From: Torpedo marmorata
Lineage: Eukaryota
Assembly (NCBI GenBank): GCA_977017645.1
Contig: OZ360234.1
Span: forward strand, 22,754,001 to 22,818,000
Direction: 5' to 3'
Length of the DNA stretch: 64,000 nt
Position numbers and translations under genes: made by a program. Under the pieces are notes generated by a model. The model made no database searches and was not told the origin of the DNA. It saw nothing but the letters and a program-made list of their open reading frames with translations. This document shows, one piece after another, positions 62,813 through 64,000 of this stretch (the first letter of the stretch is position 1; every line of letters starts with the position of its first letter).

Positions 62813-64000
62813 TCTCAAATTCTCAAGGCAGTTTTGATTTTGGCAGCATAGGTTTAATAGGTCTCTGCCATCTGTGAACAAAGGATTTTCTTCTCTTCAC
62901 TTCCTGCATTAGAACCACAGTTTCAGCACTGCCATTTCCCATGTTGTGCAATTCTTAAATGTCTTTTCAGAACGTCTGCCAGCATCAGCTTCAGCTACTA
63001 TCTACCTCTTAAACACTGTAGTACCAGGCACTTAAAATGTTGGCCCATAGCTCATTCACTGCCAAAGATAAAAATAATACTGTAATAGATGCAATCAACA
63101 GAAGGTCATAAAGAAACTAAAATTGTTGGATATGATATGGGGATAGCCAAATGGTTTAATTTTGTTTTAAATGTAAAATGTGATAGGAAATGGAAATCAT
63201 TGTTATTGGAGAAAACCAGTTAAATTGTTCAATGTTATATTTTGAATGTTAAAACTGTGCTATTGGTCATCTGATGTTAATAAAAGTTGCTTAAAGACCA
63301 AGAACTTCAATTTGAACAAAATAAACAGTGTTGTTGGGTTTCATTATGTAACTGACATTTCTCTTCTTAAGGGGCAGCACGGAGGAGGGTTTGGTAACCT
63401 CAGTTTAGTCGATTTGGCAAGAAATCAAAACAAAAACTTGAGAAGTGCTTAAGTAATACCATGCACTTACAATATCGACCCATGGCTCATTTTTTCCAAG
63501 GATAAGATATTGCATGTCATCAACAACAGGACATTGAATGTAAATTAAAAAAAGTAAAACTGTTGCATAAGGTACTGGCCAGAATTCAGGTGCACCACTA
63601 TATGCAGAATTGATACCCATGCCGAAGCAAACATGCTGAAACGTGTGTTGCTAGTTTCAGCCAGATGCACCCTATTGATGTATTGCAAGTTCTTTGCATT
63701 CAAGGTGCATCTGTTCCAGTCAGCTCTTCAATGGACATACAACAATACAAGCAACAATTTCCAGCTACATGTGGTACTACCAATGCTGCTTTGAGAAAAG
63801 GACAAGTGGAAGGACAGGAGAATGCTCCCAGAACGTCAGAGGAACCCGAGCAAGCTGATAAAGAACAGTATCTCAAGAAGTATGTTCTTTCAGCAGGAGG
63901 TCCACAAACACTCTGCCAGGCACTCCCAGTCGGAGGTTGCCAGAGAGGTATCTGTAAGGATATGTGTGCAGTTGTTGAATGTCTGCATTTTTGGGAATCA

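Overview
Eukaryotic, repeat-saturated vertebrate DNA, most likely from a cartilaginous fish (HE1-type V-SINEs, CR1, Rex1/Babar, fish-type L1 and Penelope remnants). It is probably intronic or gene-poor. Most of the window is transposable elements: three Ty3/Gypsy LTR retrotransposons (14109-20797 -, about 23152-27283 +, 45588-49264 -), two solo LTRs, three L1 fragments, several Rex1 and CR1 fragments, many Penelope ends with hammerhead-ribozyme-like cores, four non-autonomous hAT elements and one full-length pogo-superfamily transposon (60296-62199) with an uninterrupted DD35D transposase ORF. No known host gene, RNA gene or CRISPR array is recognisable, but a few phase-compatible candidate exons lie on the + strand. 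The most notable observations are: the intact Passer/POGK-like transposon; short hammerhead-bearing Penelope-end insertions with their own TSDs, one of them a long palindrome; a composite MITE made of two hairpins; a tandemly reiterated tRNA-Leu primer-binding site; a gag-pol -1 frameshift cassette; and a 260-bp locally templated insertion. I cannot demonstrate a wholly new biological system. All calls come from reading and translating by eye, with no database searches.
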